A stretch of 64,000 nt of DNA, from contig CAVZLN010000003.1 of assembly GCA_963776245.1 (NCBI GenBank), positions 704,001 through 768,000 on the forward strand, given 5' to 3'. Position 1 is the first letter of the stretch, and every line of letters starts with the position of its first letter. The stretch is from Candidatus Eiseniibacteriota bacterium (GTDB lineage Bacteria > Eisenbacteria > RBG-16-71-46). The translations under genes were made by a program, and so were the position numbers. Below are positions 41,525 through 50,870 of this stretch, in pieces. The notes below the pieces were generated by a model. The model did not search any database and had not been told where the DNA came from. It saw only the letters and a list, made by a program, of their open reading frames with translations.

Positions 41525-42966
41525 CACCTGGCGGCCGCCGCGCCCTCGGTCTCGGCCGCGGGCTCGGTCAGCACGATCTCCTTTCGCACGATGAGCACTC
41601 CGATCTGCTTCAGGAAGTCGTACGGGGGCACGCCGCCCACCCGCACGATGACGGCGTCGTTGGGGATCAGGTGCGGGTGGCCCTGCCATTCCAGGACCAC
41701 CTGCGACTCGCGGATCTCGCGCACCTGGCTACCGAGCAGGAGCGTGACCTTGCCCGCCTTCACCGCGTCGTCGAGCTTCTGGCGGTTGCGGTCCTTCACG
41801 CGTCCGAACGACTCGCTGCGGTACGACAGCGTGACGGTGGCGCCCTCCTGGTTGGCGAGGCCGAGCACGGATTCCACCGCGCTGTCGCCGCCGCCCACCA
41901 CCAGGCAGTGCATGCCGGCGAACTCCTCCATCTCGACGATGTCGTAGAACACCTTCTCGGACTCCTCGCCGGGCACCCCGAGCTTGCGCGGCGTCCCCCG
42001 GCGCCCCATCGCCAGCACCACGGCGCGCGCCCGCCACTCGCCGCCGGTCGAGGTCACCGTGAAGATCCCGTCGGCGCGGCGCTCGATCCCGCTCACGCGC
42101 TCTCCGGTGCGGACGTCGAGGCCGGTCTTGCGGATGACGGTCTCCCACACCTGGAGCAGGTCCTCCTTGGTGGCGTCCGCGATCCACAGGTCGCCGTAGA
42201 GCGGCACGGTGAGCGGCTCGGCGAGCAGCAGCTTGTGGCGCGGGTACTTGCGGATGCTCTCGGTCAGCGTGCCCTGTTCCAGCACCACGTAGGAGAGCTT
42301 CTGGCGCAGCGACTCGAGGCCGGCGCTCAGGCCCGCCGGGCCCGAGCCCACCACCACGACGTCGTACACGCCCTCGGTCGGCGCCGCGCCGGCGCGCGCG
42401 CGCGCGATGTGCTCGACCGCGAGCCGGCCTTCGTTGACCGCGTTCTTGATCAGCCCGCGGCCGCCCAGTTCCCCGACCACGTAGAGACCGTCGATCACGG
42501 TCTCGAAGTTCACCGAGAGCAGCGGCACGTCCACGTGCTGCACCGCGGCGCCCGAGGTGACGATGATGCCGCCGACCGGGCACGCGGTGGCACACGAGCC
42601 GTGTCCCTTGCACAGGTCCTTGTTCACGACCGCGAGCTTGTGCTCCATGCGGATCGCGCCCGGTTCGGGGCACGCGGCCACGCACGTGCCGCATCCGACG
42701 CACACGTCGGTGCGGATGATCGCGTGCCGGGGCCCGTCGCCGCCGCCGGCCTCGGCGCCGTCCGCCACCACCTTCGCCATCACCATGTCGAACGCCCGGA
42801 GCGGCGCGCTGCAGCCGGGACAGAGGCGCGCCGTGCTCGACACCTTCGTGTGGCACCGCGGGCACTCGATCTCGGGCGCGGCCGGGCGCTGGTGGCTGCG
42901 CAGATGCAGCCACATGAAGAGCGCCGACAGCGCGACGAAGGCGAGGGTGGTGAGGAGCATGTCCAT
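41524..42966 (-). CDS. Membrane-anchored FAD/NAD(P)H oxidoreductase (TrxB/YpdA-like, circularly permuted) with zinc ribbon and 2x[4Fe-4S] ferredoxin domain
   Basis: N-terminal TM; CPRC..CPGC; CVGCGTCVAACP and CKGHGSCATACP; VVVVGSGPAG; VVGGGDSAVE. Confidence 0.88.
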   Translation of the reverse strand: MDMLLTTLAFVALSALFMWLHLRSHQRPAAPEIECPRCHTKVSSTARLCPGCSAPLRAFDMVMAKVVADGAEAGGGDGPRHAIIRTDVCVGCGTCVAACPEPGAIRMEHKLAVVNKDLCKGHGSCATACPVGGIIVTSGAAVQHVDVPLLSVNFETVIDGLYVVGELGGRGLIKNAVNEGRLAVEHIARARAGAAPTEGVYDVVVVGSGPAGLSAGLESLRQKLSYVVLEQGTLTESIRKYPRHKLLLAEPLTVPLYGDLWIADATKEDLLQVWETVIRKTGLDVRTGERVSGIERRADGIFTVTSTGGEWRARAVVLAMGRRGTPRKLGVPGEESEKVFYDIVEMEEFAGMHCLVVGGGDSAVESVLGLANQEGATVTLSYRSESFGRVKDRNRQKLDDAVKAGKVTLLLGSQVREIRESQVVLEWQGHPHLIPNDAVIVRVGGVPPYDFLKQIGVLIVRKEIVLTEPAAETEGAAAAR

Positions 42967-42967
42967 G

Positions 42968-43942
42968 TCAGAGGCTCACCGCGCCGACCATCAGCGCCAC
43001 CGCCACGTGGATGAGCACCGCGAGCAGCGCGGTGACCGCGAACGGCCGGTGCGCGACGTGCCAGTATCCGAACACCGTGCGCGTCGCGTCGAGCATGCGG
43101 ACCTGCTGCGTCAGGGCCAGCTCGCGCTTGGCCAGGTTCACCGCCTCGGCGAGCGCGGTCGCGCTCGGCGGCCGCGCGCCGGGGCGCGGGGACGACCACT
43201 GGCGCTTGAGTGCGTCGACGGCCCGCGCGCGCGCCCAGTCGTCCTGCATCATGCGCCAGATGGTGCGCGCCGGGTCGAGGCCGGCGTACGAGCGCTGGCC
43301 CACGATCAGGGAGCGCTCCACCACCTGGGGCTCGAGCCCGGTCGCGGCCGCGATGCGGGTGATGAGCGCGCGGCGCTCGTTCTCGCAGTCGTTCTTGGTG
43401 AGCTCGAGGCCATCCCGGCTGCGCGGGATGTGCACGTAGAGGTAGCGCCCGACGATCCCCGAGAGGCTCACCAGGACCATCGCCAGGTAGCCGAGTCCGA
43501 TGAGCCCGTCGAAGCGCCAGCCCGCGTGCACCGCCGCCAGCACCGGGACCGACAGGCCGAACACGATGTGCACGCGCAGCCACGAGCCCACCTGGCCCGT
43601 CCACGCCAGCCAGCGGAGGTTCTTGCGCAACGGGTAGAGCCACAGGAACAGGAAGAAGGCGAACGCGACGACCCCGAACGCCAGCCCCACCGGACCGGAG
43701 GGCCGGAGCAGGGCGTGGAGCGGGCTGCGCATCCGCTCGCCGCGGTCCATGAGGTAGTAGGGCAGACCGAGGTCGGTGGCCAGCGCCGGGATCGCCAGCA
43801 CGATCACCAGGGCGATGGTGTCTGGACTGGCGGCCGGCCGGCGCGCCGCCGACCCCGCGCGGGCGGGCGTCGCAGCCGCCTGCTCGGCCGGTCGCGGGCC
43901 CGCCACCGGGGCTCTTTCCGGGACCTTCGGCGCGGGTGTCAT
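42968..43942 (-). CDS. Ferric-reductase/NOX-like transmembrane protein, probable di-heme b
   Basis: About five TMs; two H-x13-H pairs (HIVFGLSVPVLAAVH and HRPFAVTALLAVLIH). Confidence 0.72.
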   Translation of the reverse strand: MTPAPKVPERAPVAGPRPAEQAAATPARAGSAARRPAASPDTIALVIVLAIPALATDLGLPYYLMDRGERMRSPLHALLRPSGPVGLAFGVVAFAFFLFLWLYPLRKNLRWLAWTGQVGSWLRVHIVFGLSVPVLAAVHAGWRFDGLIGLGYLAMVLVSLSGIVGRYLYVHIPRSRDGLELTKNDCENERRALITRIAAATGLEPQVVERSLIVGQRSYAGLDPARTIWRMMQDDWARARAVDALKRQWSSPRPGARPPSATALAEAVNLAKRELALTQQVRMLDATRTVFGYWHVAHRPFAVTALLAVLIHVAVALMVGAVSL

Positions 43943-44073
43943 ATTGTCATTTGCGGCATCGAGGTTCGTCGCCGAATGCAATACGCCATCTCCTTGGCAT
44001 GGTCCGATGGGAGCGATGCCGTGCGCCTGCAACACCCTGGAGGGAATGGGGCGCTCAGGTCCACACGGCAAGG

Positions 44074-44088
44074 GCAAGAGCGGTGCCA
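44074..44088 (-). promoter_or_regulatory. Sigma-54 (-24/-12) promoter of the cytochrome operon
   Basis: TGGCAC-CGCTC-TTGC on the minus strand, exact consensus, about 130 bp upstream of 43942. Confidence 0.7.
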
Positions 44089-44240
44089 CCCGGCTGACGG
44101 TCGGGACACCCCGGGAGGGCCAGGGTGGAACGCGACACGACTCGTACCGGAGCGAGGGCACAGCCCGGTCTGGTTCTGATACCCCGAAGGCGTGGCTGCC
44201 GTCCAGAGGAAATGCCGGGGAGGCGGAACAAAATGCATAC

Positions 44241-44258
44241 AGGTAAATGATTTCACAA
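44241..44258. promoter_or_regulatory. Rex-like or CRP/FNR-like operator in an AT-rich patch
   Basis: AGGTAAA-TGAT-TTCACAA matches 11 of 14 positions of TTGTGAA-N4-TTCACAA; one perfect half-site. Confidence 0.4.
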
Positions 44259-44301
44259 TTCTTCCGCGCGGCTCGCGCGCGTCGGTCGCGCGCGTCGGTC
44301 G

Positions 44302-44330
44302 TTGCCGTGTCGGGGGTCGCCTGTTAGACT
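44302..44330 (+). promoter_or_regulatory. Sigma-70-type promoter of rocF with extended -10
   Basis: TTGCCG-N17-TAGACT with TG extension, ending 9 nt before ATG 44340. Confidence 0.55.
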
Positions 44331-44339
44331 CTGCCGCCC

Positions 44340-45260
44340 ATGACCCGCAGGAAACGCAGTATCGACGTGATCGGTGTGCCGGTGGATCTCGGCCAGGCCC
44401 GCCGGGGCGTGGACATGGGTCCGTCGGCCATCCGGATCGCCGACCTCGAGCCCCGCCTGGAGGCGCTCGGGCACAAGGTACACGACGAAGGGGACATCGA
44501 CGTGATGATCCCCGAGACCCAGCGGGTCGGCAAGGACCGGCTCCGCTACAAGGCGCCGGTCCTGGCGGCGTGCGACGCACTCCGCGGGGCGGTCGAGGAG
44601 AGCCTCGGCAAGGGGCGCCTGCCGCTGGTGCTGGGGGGCGACCACAGCATCGCCATCGGCTCGGTCTCGGGCACTTCCAACCATGCCGCGCGTGCCGGCG
44701 GTCGCATCGGGCTCCTCTGGTTCGACGCCCATGGCGACGCCAACACGCCCGACACCACGCCTTCGGGCAATATCCACGGCATGTCGCTCGCCGTGCTGCT
44801 CGGCCACGGGGACCACGACCTGGTGCACCTCGGTGGCCGTGCGCCCAAGGTGCAGGCGCGCAACACCGTGCTCATCGGCGTCCGCGACCTCGACGGTGGG
44901 GAGCGCGAGATGCTCAAGAAGCTCAGCGTGACCGTTTACACCATCCGCGAGGTGGACGAGCGAGGCATGCACGACGTGGTGGACGAGGCCATCCGCCTGG
45001 CCAGTGACGGCACCATGGGCATCCACCTGTCGTTCGACCTCGACGTGCTCGACCCCGAGGACGCGCCCGGCACCGGGACGCCGGTCTGGGGCGGCATCAC
45101 GTACCGCGAGGCGCATCTGGCGATGGAACTGCTCGCGGACCGCGCGAACATCGTCGCGATGGACCTGGTCGAGGTGAACCCGGTGCTCGACACCCAGAAC
45201 ATGACCGGGATACTCGCCGCCGAGCTCGCACAGAGCGCGCTCGGAAAACGCATCCTCTAG
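44340..45260 (+). CDS. rocF: Arginase
   Basis: GVDMGPSAIR, LGGDHSIAIG, WFDAHGDANT...SGNIHGM, SFDLDVLDP, PGTGTPV, EVNP. Confidence 0.95.
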   Translation: MTRRKRSIDVIGVPVDLGQARRGVDMGPSAIRIADLEPRLEALGHKVHDEGDIDVMIPETQRVGKDRLRYKAPVLAACDALRGAVEESLGKGRLPLVLGGDHSIAIGSVSGTSNHAARAGGRIGLLWFDAHGDANTPDTTPSGNIHGMSLAVLLGHGDHDLVHLGGRAPKVQARNTVLIGVRDLDGGEREMLKKLSVTVYTIREVDERGMHDVVDEAIRLASDGTMGIHLSFDLDVLDPEDAPGTGTPVWGGITYREAHLAMELLADRANIVAMDLVEVNPVLDTQNMTGILAAELAQSALGKRIL

Positions 45261-45418
45261 CCCCGCGCGCGTCCGGAACGGCGCGAGGGAGTGGTGACAC
45301 GGTTCGACCGCGCGAGCGGCGTCCTCGTCGAACTCGGCGATGACGGCGCATCGCGCACCGGCTTCAGCCCCAATGGCGGCGGGTCGTCTGCCCACCGCCC
45401 GATCGAACAGGAGCCTCG

Positions 45419-45823
45419 ATGACGACGATCGATCCAGTGAGGGATCTTCTGCGCGCGCGCGGTTGTGCGGACCGCGCGGTGGAGGGCGGGCTCGATGGCC
45501 TGCTCGAGGCGTGGGGGCGGGTCGTGGACGAGCTCGAGCGCGGCTACACGCTCGGCCTCGACGACTACCTCAACGACCTCGACGTGCGCGAACTGCTGCG
45601 CGCCGCGCTGGCACTGGCGGTGGACCGCGACCGCACCAAGGCCACCAAGCGCCTGACGGCGCTCGATACCCGCGTGCGCGCGGCCACCGAACCCGCGGGA
45701 CGGTGCCTGTGGGGCGATCGCGTGGCGAAGACCAACGGCTGGACGGCCGACGACCATTGGTGGTACTTCGCCCGCCCGCGGCGCATGAGCGCCGAGCTGC
45801 GTGCGGACCTCGGCGACGCCTGA
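45419..45823 (+). CDS. Hypothetical protein
   Basis: AGGAG SD; GY.LGLDDYLNDLD.R and C-terminal HWWYF motifs; TGATG overlap with the next gene. Confidence 0.6.
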   Translation: MTTIDPVRDLLRARGCADRAVEGGLDGLLEAWGRVVDELERGYTLGLDDYLNDLDVRELLRAALALAVDRDRTKATKRLTALDTRVRAATEPAGRCLWGDRVAKTNGWTADDHWWYFARPRRMSAELRADLGDA

Positions 45824-46356
45824 TGCGGCCGGGGCCGATGAGGATCGTCCGTGGGTGCGCGGCACTGCTGGCCGTGCTGATGGCGGCGACCGCCGCCACC
45901 CCGGCCCTGAAGCGCGTGGAGGTGACGCCGTCACGCCGACCCCCCGCGAGCGCCACCGCGATCTCCGACAGCGTGGCGATGCGACGGGCCATCGACGCCG
46001 CCAACCTCGCGTACCTCGATGCCTTCCGGCGCGCCGACGCGCAGGCGCTCGCCGCGGTCTACGACCCGGACGCCGCGCAATTGCGCCCGGGCGGATCGAT
46101 GGTGCGCGGGCGCGCCGCCATCGCGGCCGACCTCGCGCCGCTGCTCGAGCGCATCCATTTCATCAGCGGCACCATCACGTCGTCCTCGCTGTGGCGCGTG
46201 GACGACCTGGCGTACGACGTCGGGCACTATACGTTCGTGTTCCAGCCGGCGGGCAAGGACACGCTGGTGGAGCGCAGCCGCTACGTGAACATCTGGAGGC
46301 TGCAGCGGGACGGCTCCTGGAAGATCTGGCGCGATCTGCCGGTGCCGCGCGAGTGA
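45823..46356 (+). CDS. Secreted SnoaL/NTF2-like (DUF4440) protein
   Basis: Signal peptide; AFRRADAQALAAVY, VRGRAAI, LAYDVGHY, IWRLQRDGSWKI. Confidence 0.8.
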   Translation: MRPGPMRIVRGCAALLAVLMAATAATPALKRVEVTPSRRPPASATAISDSVAMRRAIDAANLAYLDAFRRADAQALAAVYDPDAAQLRPGGSMVRGRAAIAADLAPLLERIHFISGTITSSSLWRVDDLAYDVGHYTFVFQPAGKDTLVERSRYVNIWRLQRDGSWKIWRDLPVPRE

Positions 46357-48101
46357 CCGTGGCCGCCCGCCCGGCTGAAGCTCAGGGCCGCACGCTGCTT
46401 CATGAGCGTGCGCAACGCGGCGCGCAGCCGGGGATGCGCATCGAACCGGCGCACGAAGTCGCTCTCGCGCCGGCTCCCCTTGGCCCGGATGACCTCGACC
46501 AGCGCGCGCTTCTCGGCCGCGGTCCAGCCCGCCACCCCGGGCAGCAGCACCACCAGCGGGCCCCAGCGGCGGAAGGCCAGCTCCTCGCCCGGTCCCCACC
46601 CGCGCCGGCGGGTCGGCAGCTCCAGCATCACCGCCGCCTCCGCGGCGCACACCGGCTCCGCGTGGGCGCGCTGGGCGCCGAAGCGGTCGCGGAGCATGCG
46701 GGTGACGGCGAGCCCCACGTTCGCCACCGGGAGCCGGCCGATGACGTCGGCCCGCGCCGCGCCGAGATGCCAGTACACGTTCTCCTCGCCCAGGCGGCGC
46801 AGCGTGGCGATCGAGGAGCGGTGGGCGGGATCGGCCGCCATGCGGCGCTCCTCGCGCCGCATCAGTCGCACGGCGTGCGGCGCCTGGGGCGCGAAGCCCA
46901 GCTTGCGGTAGAACCACCAAGCGCCGGACTCCAGCCCCTCGGTATTGCCCGCGCCGCCCAATTGGTAGGGATAGATGGTGAACGCGTCCGAGCCGAACAG
47001 CGCGCGCAGCATGCTGAGGACGCGCCCGTACACCGCGCCCGCCTCGGCGCCGCGCCAGCTGTCGAACACGTTGTACGCCACCTCGGACGAGCCGAACAGC
47101 GCGCTCGAGAGCACGTAGCCGATCGGCACGCCGTTCTTGAGCGTGAGGAATCCGTAGACCGCTTCGAGCAGCAGGCGGCGTTCGGGGATCACGCCCATCG
47201 CCGCGAACTGCAGCCCGCCGTCACCGTCCACCACGCGCACGTCGCGCGGGTCGGCGTAGGAGAACGCGTCGAGATCGCGTCCGCGGGTCACCATCGCCGC
47301 GCGCGCGAGGTCGATGAGGCGCTGTCCTTCGCGCTCGTCCACCGCGCGGATGGACCGCGGCGGACGGGCCAGCTCGGCTCGCAGGTCGGGGCGCGCGCGC
47401 GCCAGCGGCCGGCGCTGGAACGCCACCCGCGCCCGCGGCCAGCGCGCCAGGGTGCGGGAGGGAGTGTCCGTTCCGGGCGCGAGCACGAACGGCAGGTCGA
47501 GCGCGTCCCACAGGATCTCGTTGGCGAAGTCGTCGCGCGCGACCCACGCGAATCGCTTCGCGAGGAACGTGGCGTCGGTCTCGTGCGCGGCCTTCAGCCG
47601 ATCGATCCACCCCCGCAGGCCGTAGTCGTACTCGTCGAGCCCCGGGGACTCGGCGTGGATCGCCAGCAGGGGCAGCAGCGCCTCGAGCCGGGCGGGATCC
47701 TCGAGTCCGTCCCAGTCGAGCGCCAGCTGCCGGGGCCAGCGTTCGGCCAGCCAGCGCGCGGTGGACTGGAAGAACCGGAAGCGGATGGCGGTGCCCGCCA
47801 CGCCGCTGTCCGCGAGCGCCGCGCGGAAGCGACGCAGGTCGGCGCGGCGCGCGAAGGCGCGCAGCGCGCGCTCGACCGCGGCCAGCACCCGGGCGTCGTC
47901 GGGGTAGGCGCGCAGGAACACCAGGCACTCGTGCAGCCGCAGGACGTGGTTCGCGCCCGGGAGCGCCCGGCGCACCAGCGCGCGCACCAGCGCCGCCTTC
48001 TCTCTCGAGATCCCCGGCCGGCCGAACTCGGCCCGGATGGCCTCGAGACGGACCAGCGCGCGCGCGGGTGACGTGGCGCGGGCGCCGGGCGCCGGGCTCA
48101 C
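46281..48101 (-). CDS. Hypothetical protein with possible GNAT-like C-terminal region
   Basis: GTGA overlap with the upstream gene; NGVPIGY, YNVFDSWRG, WWFYRKLGF. Confidence 0.6.
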   Translation of the reverse strand: MSPAPGARATSPARALVRLEAIRAEFGRPGISREKAALVRALVRRALPGANHVLRLHECLVFLRAYPDDARVLAAVERALRAFARRADLRRFRAALADSGVAGTAIRFRFFQSTARWLAERWPRQLALDWDGLEDPARLEALLPLLAIHAESPGLDEYDYGLRGWIDRLKAAHETDATFLAKRFAWVARDDFANEILWDALDLPFVLAPGTDTPSRTLARWPRARVAFQRRPLARARPDLRAELARPPRSIRAVDEREGQRLIDLARAAMVTRGRDLDAFSYADPRDVRVVDGDGGLQFAAMGVIPERRLLLEAVYGFLTLKNGVPIGYVLSSALFGSSEVAYNVFDSWRGAEAGAVYGRVLSMLRALFGSDAFTIYPYQLGGAGNTEGLESGAWWFYRKLGFAPQAPHAVRLMRREERRMAADPAHRSSIATLRRLGEENVYWHLGAARADVIGRLPVANVGLAVTRMLRDRFGAQRAHAEPVCAAEAAVMLELPTRRRGWGPGEELAFRRWGPLVVLLPGVAGWTAAEKRALVEVIRAKGSRRESDFVRRFDAHPRLRAALRTLMKQRAALSFSRAGGHGHSRGTGRSRQIFQEPSRCSLQMFT

Positions 48102-48367
48102 GTCGGGCCCGACCCATCGCCCGGTGCGGCGTCCCCGGGATCCTCGACCGGGACCCAGCCCTGGTCGGGCATCAGCACGTCGGCGTCCCCGGTGATGCGG
48201 TCGATGCGCACGACGCGGATCTCGCCCTCGTCGGTCATGTGATCGTAGCGGTAAGCGGTGGGCCAGACGTAGAACACGAACAACACCAGCAGCGCTCCGC
48301 CGACCGCGAGCCACGCCAGTCTCGCGGCGATCCTCAGCGCGCGCGCCGCCCCCGCCCCGCCGCTCAC
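48098..48367 (-). CDS. Small membrane-anchored hypothetical protein
   Basis: One TM, then WPTAYRYD...RIDRITG; GTGA overlap with the peptidase stop. Confidence 0.55.
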   Translation of the reverse strand: MSGGAGAARALRIAARLAWLAVGGALLVLFVFYVWPTAYRYDHMTDEGEIRVVRIDRITGDADVLMPDQGWVPVEDPGDAAPGDGSGPT

Positions 48368-50371
48368 TTCACCCACCGGTCGAACCAGGCCAGCTGGCGC
48401 AGGTATTGGTCGGCGCGGTGGCGGGGCTCGCGCAGACCGTGCCCCTCGCGGGGGTAATGCACGTATTCGGTCGGCACCCCGAGCCCCAGCAGCGCGCGGT
48501 AGAGCTGCTGCGCCTGCGGGGGCGGCACCCGCGCGTCGTTCTCCCCCACGAGGATGAGCGTGGGCGTCCTGGCGTTGCGGATGAAGGTGAAGGGGGATGA
48601 CTTCGCCCACTTCTCCGGCGTCTCCCACGGGGCGCCCTCGAACTCGAAGGCGCGGTACTTCTGCACGTCGCTCTGGCCGTAGAACGACGACAGCTCGACG
48701 GCGCCCGCGAACACGCACGCGGCCTTGAAACGATCCGTCTGGGTGATCGCCCACGCCGAGAGATAGCCGCCGTACGACCCGCCGTAGACGGCGAGTCTTC
48801 GGGGATCCGCGAGCCCGCGCGCGATCAGCGAATCCACGCCGCTCATGACGTCGCGCCAGTCCTGCCCGCCCCAGTCGGCGCGCTGGCGCAGCATGAACGC
48901 GGTGCCGTAGCCGCCGCTGGAGCGGAAGTTCGGCATGAACACCTGCCACCCGTTCGCGGCGAAATACTGCGGCCCGCTCTGGAAGCCGATCCCGTACCTC
49001 GAGGCGTAGGGACCGCCGTGGAGCAGCACCAGCGTCCGGAGCGGGGCGCCCGCGGTCGCTCCCGCCGGGCGCAGCAGCACGCCCTCGACCCGCACCCCGT
49101 CGGTGCTGGTCCACTGGACCACGCGGGTGACGCCGAGCCTGGCCTTCGCGGCCGCCGCGTTGAGCGCGGTGACCGGGCGGCCGTCCCGGAGGACGGCTTC
49201 GGCCACCCATGCCTCGGTGGGCGCGTCCATGCGCGACTGGATCCACGCCGCCCGTCCGTTGGAGGCGAGCGTGAGACCGCCGGCCTCGCCCTGCACGTCG
49301 GTGCCCAGCGCGACGGCGCCGCCCACGGTCGGCACCGACGCGATGCGGGAGGACACGCCCCGCTGAGACCAGAAGTACAGGTGTCCGCCGTCCGGGTCTC
49401 CACGACGGGGCGCTGGCGTCTTCGTCGTACGACGCGGTCAGGTTCGTCGGCGTGCCGCCCGCGGCGGAGATCAGCCACAGGTCGGTCTTCTGCACGTGCT
49501 TCGCGCGATCCGCTCCCGCCGCCCACGTGATCCAGCGCGAGTCGGGCGACCACGCGAAGTCACCGCCCAGCACGCCGAGCATGCGGGCGGGGCCGCCCCC
49601 GACCGGCACGACCGCGATGTCCGCCGCGTTCTCGTCGTCGGGCTTGCCGGTGGGGCTCACCTGACAGGCCAGCTGCTTCGAATCGGGAGACCACCGCACC
49701 TGCCAGCAGTAGCGTGGGCCGTCGATCAACTGGCGCTGCGTGCCGGTCGCGATCTCCACCACCCACAGGTGCGGGTACTGGAGGCGTTCGTCCTCGACCG
49801 CATGGTCCCACTTCTTCTTTCTCCACTCGCGCAGGATCCGGGGCAGGGTGTCGGTCTTCACGTACGCGAGGTGACGGCCGTCCGGCGACCACGTCACCTC
49901 GCTCACCGCCTCGTCGTAGGTGCCGAACGGCCACGGCTCCCCGCCGCGCAGCGACAACATGTAGATGCCGGGCTTCGCTTCGTCGCCGGTGCCGCGGTTG
50001 CCCACGAACGCGATCGTGTCACCGCCCGGGGAGAACGTCGGGCTGGTGTCGGCCTTGGGGTGGCGCGTCAGCCGCAACGCGTCGCCGGGGCGCGCGACAT
50101 CCACCAGGTAGAGGTCCTGGTTGTTGGCGTCCTCCGCCGTGTCGGGCGCGCTCACCACGAGCGCGAGGCGCGAGCCGTCGGGGGACCAGGTCATCCCACT
50201 GAAGGTCGAGAGCGTGAGGAGGTGCTCCAGCCGGAAGGGCCTCGACGTGTCGGCCGGAGCCGCGGGGGGACTCCCCGCGGGCTTCGACCGGGCCGCCGCC
50301 CCATGCGAGGGACCGGCCATCGCCAGCTGGGACAGGAGCGGCAGCGCTACTACTAGTAGAGGGAGGCGCAT
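48364..50371 (-). CDS. S9 prolyl oligopeptidase/acylaminoacyl peptidase with one +1 frameshift near 49395
   Basis: WSPDG/PD40 propeller repeats; LHGGP, GGSYGG (Ser), GENDARVP (Asp), EGHG (His); the two frames join as W-R-P-D-G-G-H-L-Y if one base is removed. Confidence 0.88.
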
Positions 50372-50631
50372 CGCGGTCTCCGGAATCGGGTCGGGAGCGT
50401 CAGCACGGACGGGCGCAGGTTATCGGAGCACCCCGGACCCGCCAAGTCCATGTCTTCCATGGGCTGATCGGCGGCGAGCCCGGTCGCCAGACCCAGATGT
50501 GCTGCCAACCCGGCACGGTCCAGGGCGTCCTTCATGGAGATGTCAGGCGAGATGGGACGCGGAACTCGACCAGCCCTGCCGGCCGTCGGCGAGCCCTCCT
50601 CGAATCCCGCAGGTTGTTAGCCAATTAGCGG

Positions 50632-50660
50632 TTGACACATCCATGACCGGACCGGATGAT
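50632..50660 (+). promoter_or_regulatory. Sigma-70 promoter of the giant gene
   Basis: TTGACA-N17-GATGAT in an AT-richer patch; followed by inverted repeat TGGCGT-N7-ACGCCA (50666-50684). Confidence 0.55.
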
Positions 50661-50870
50661 TAGATTGGCGTACGTACAACGCCATGGTTCACGTACGCAA
50701 ACCCGTGAAGACGTCGACGCCTCCCGCCGCAGTGGTCGGCTTCGTCTGCCCCGTGCACTCACACGGGGATCTCGCCGCCCCGCTCCGAGCGTCGTCGCTT
50801 CGCACCCGTCAGGCGACTTCCGTGCTCGACGCGCCGCGTCTCGGACGCCGCGCGATGAGAGGGCTCCTCC

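Noticed and set aside
50690..50750. c-di-GMP-I riboswitch resemblance (GCAAACCCGTGAAGACG..GACGC)
   Set aside because: The CC/GG pair is missing, the loop is GAAG, and the downstream AAAG and P3 elements do not match; needs an Infernal scan
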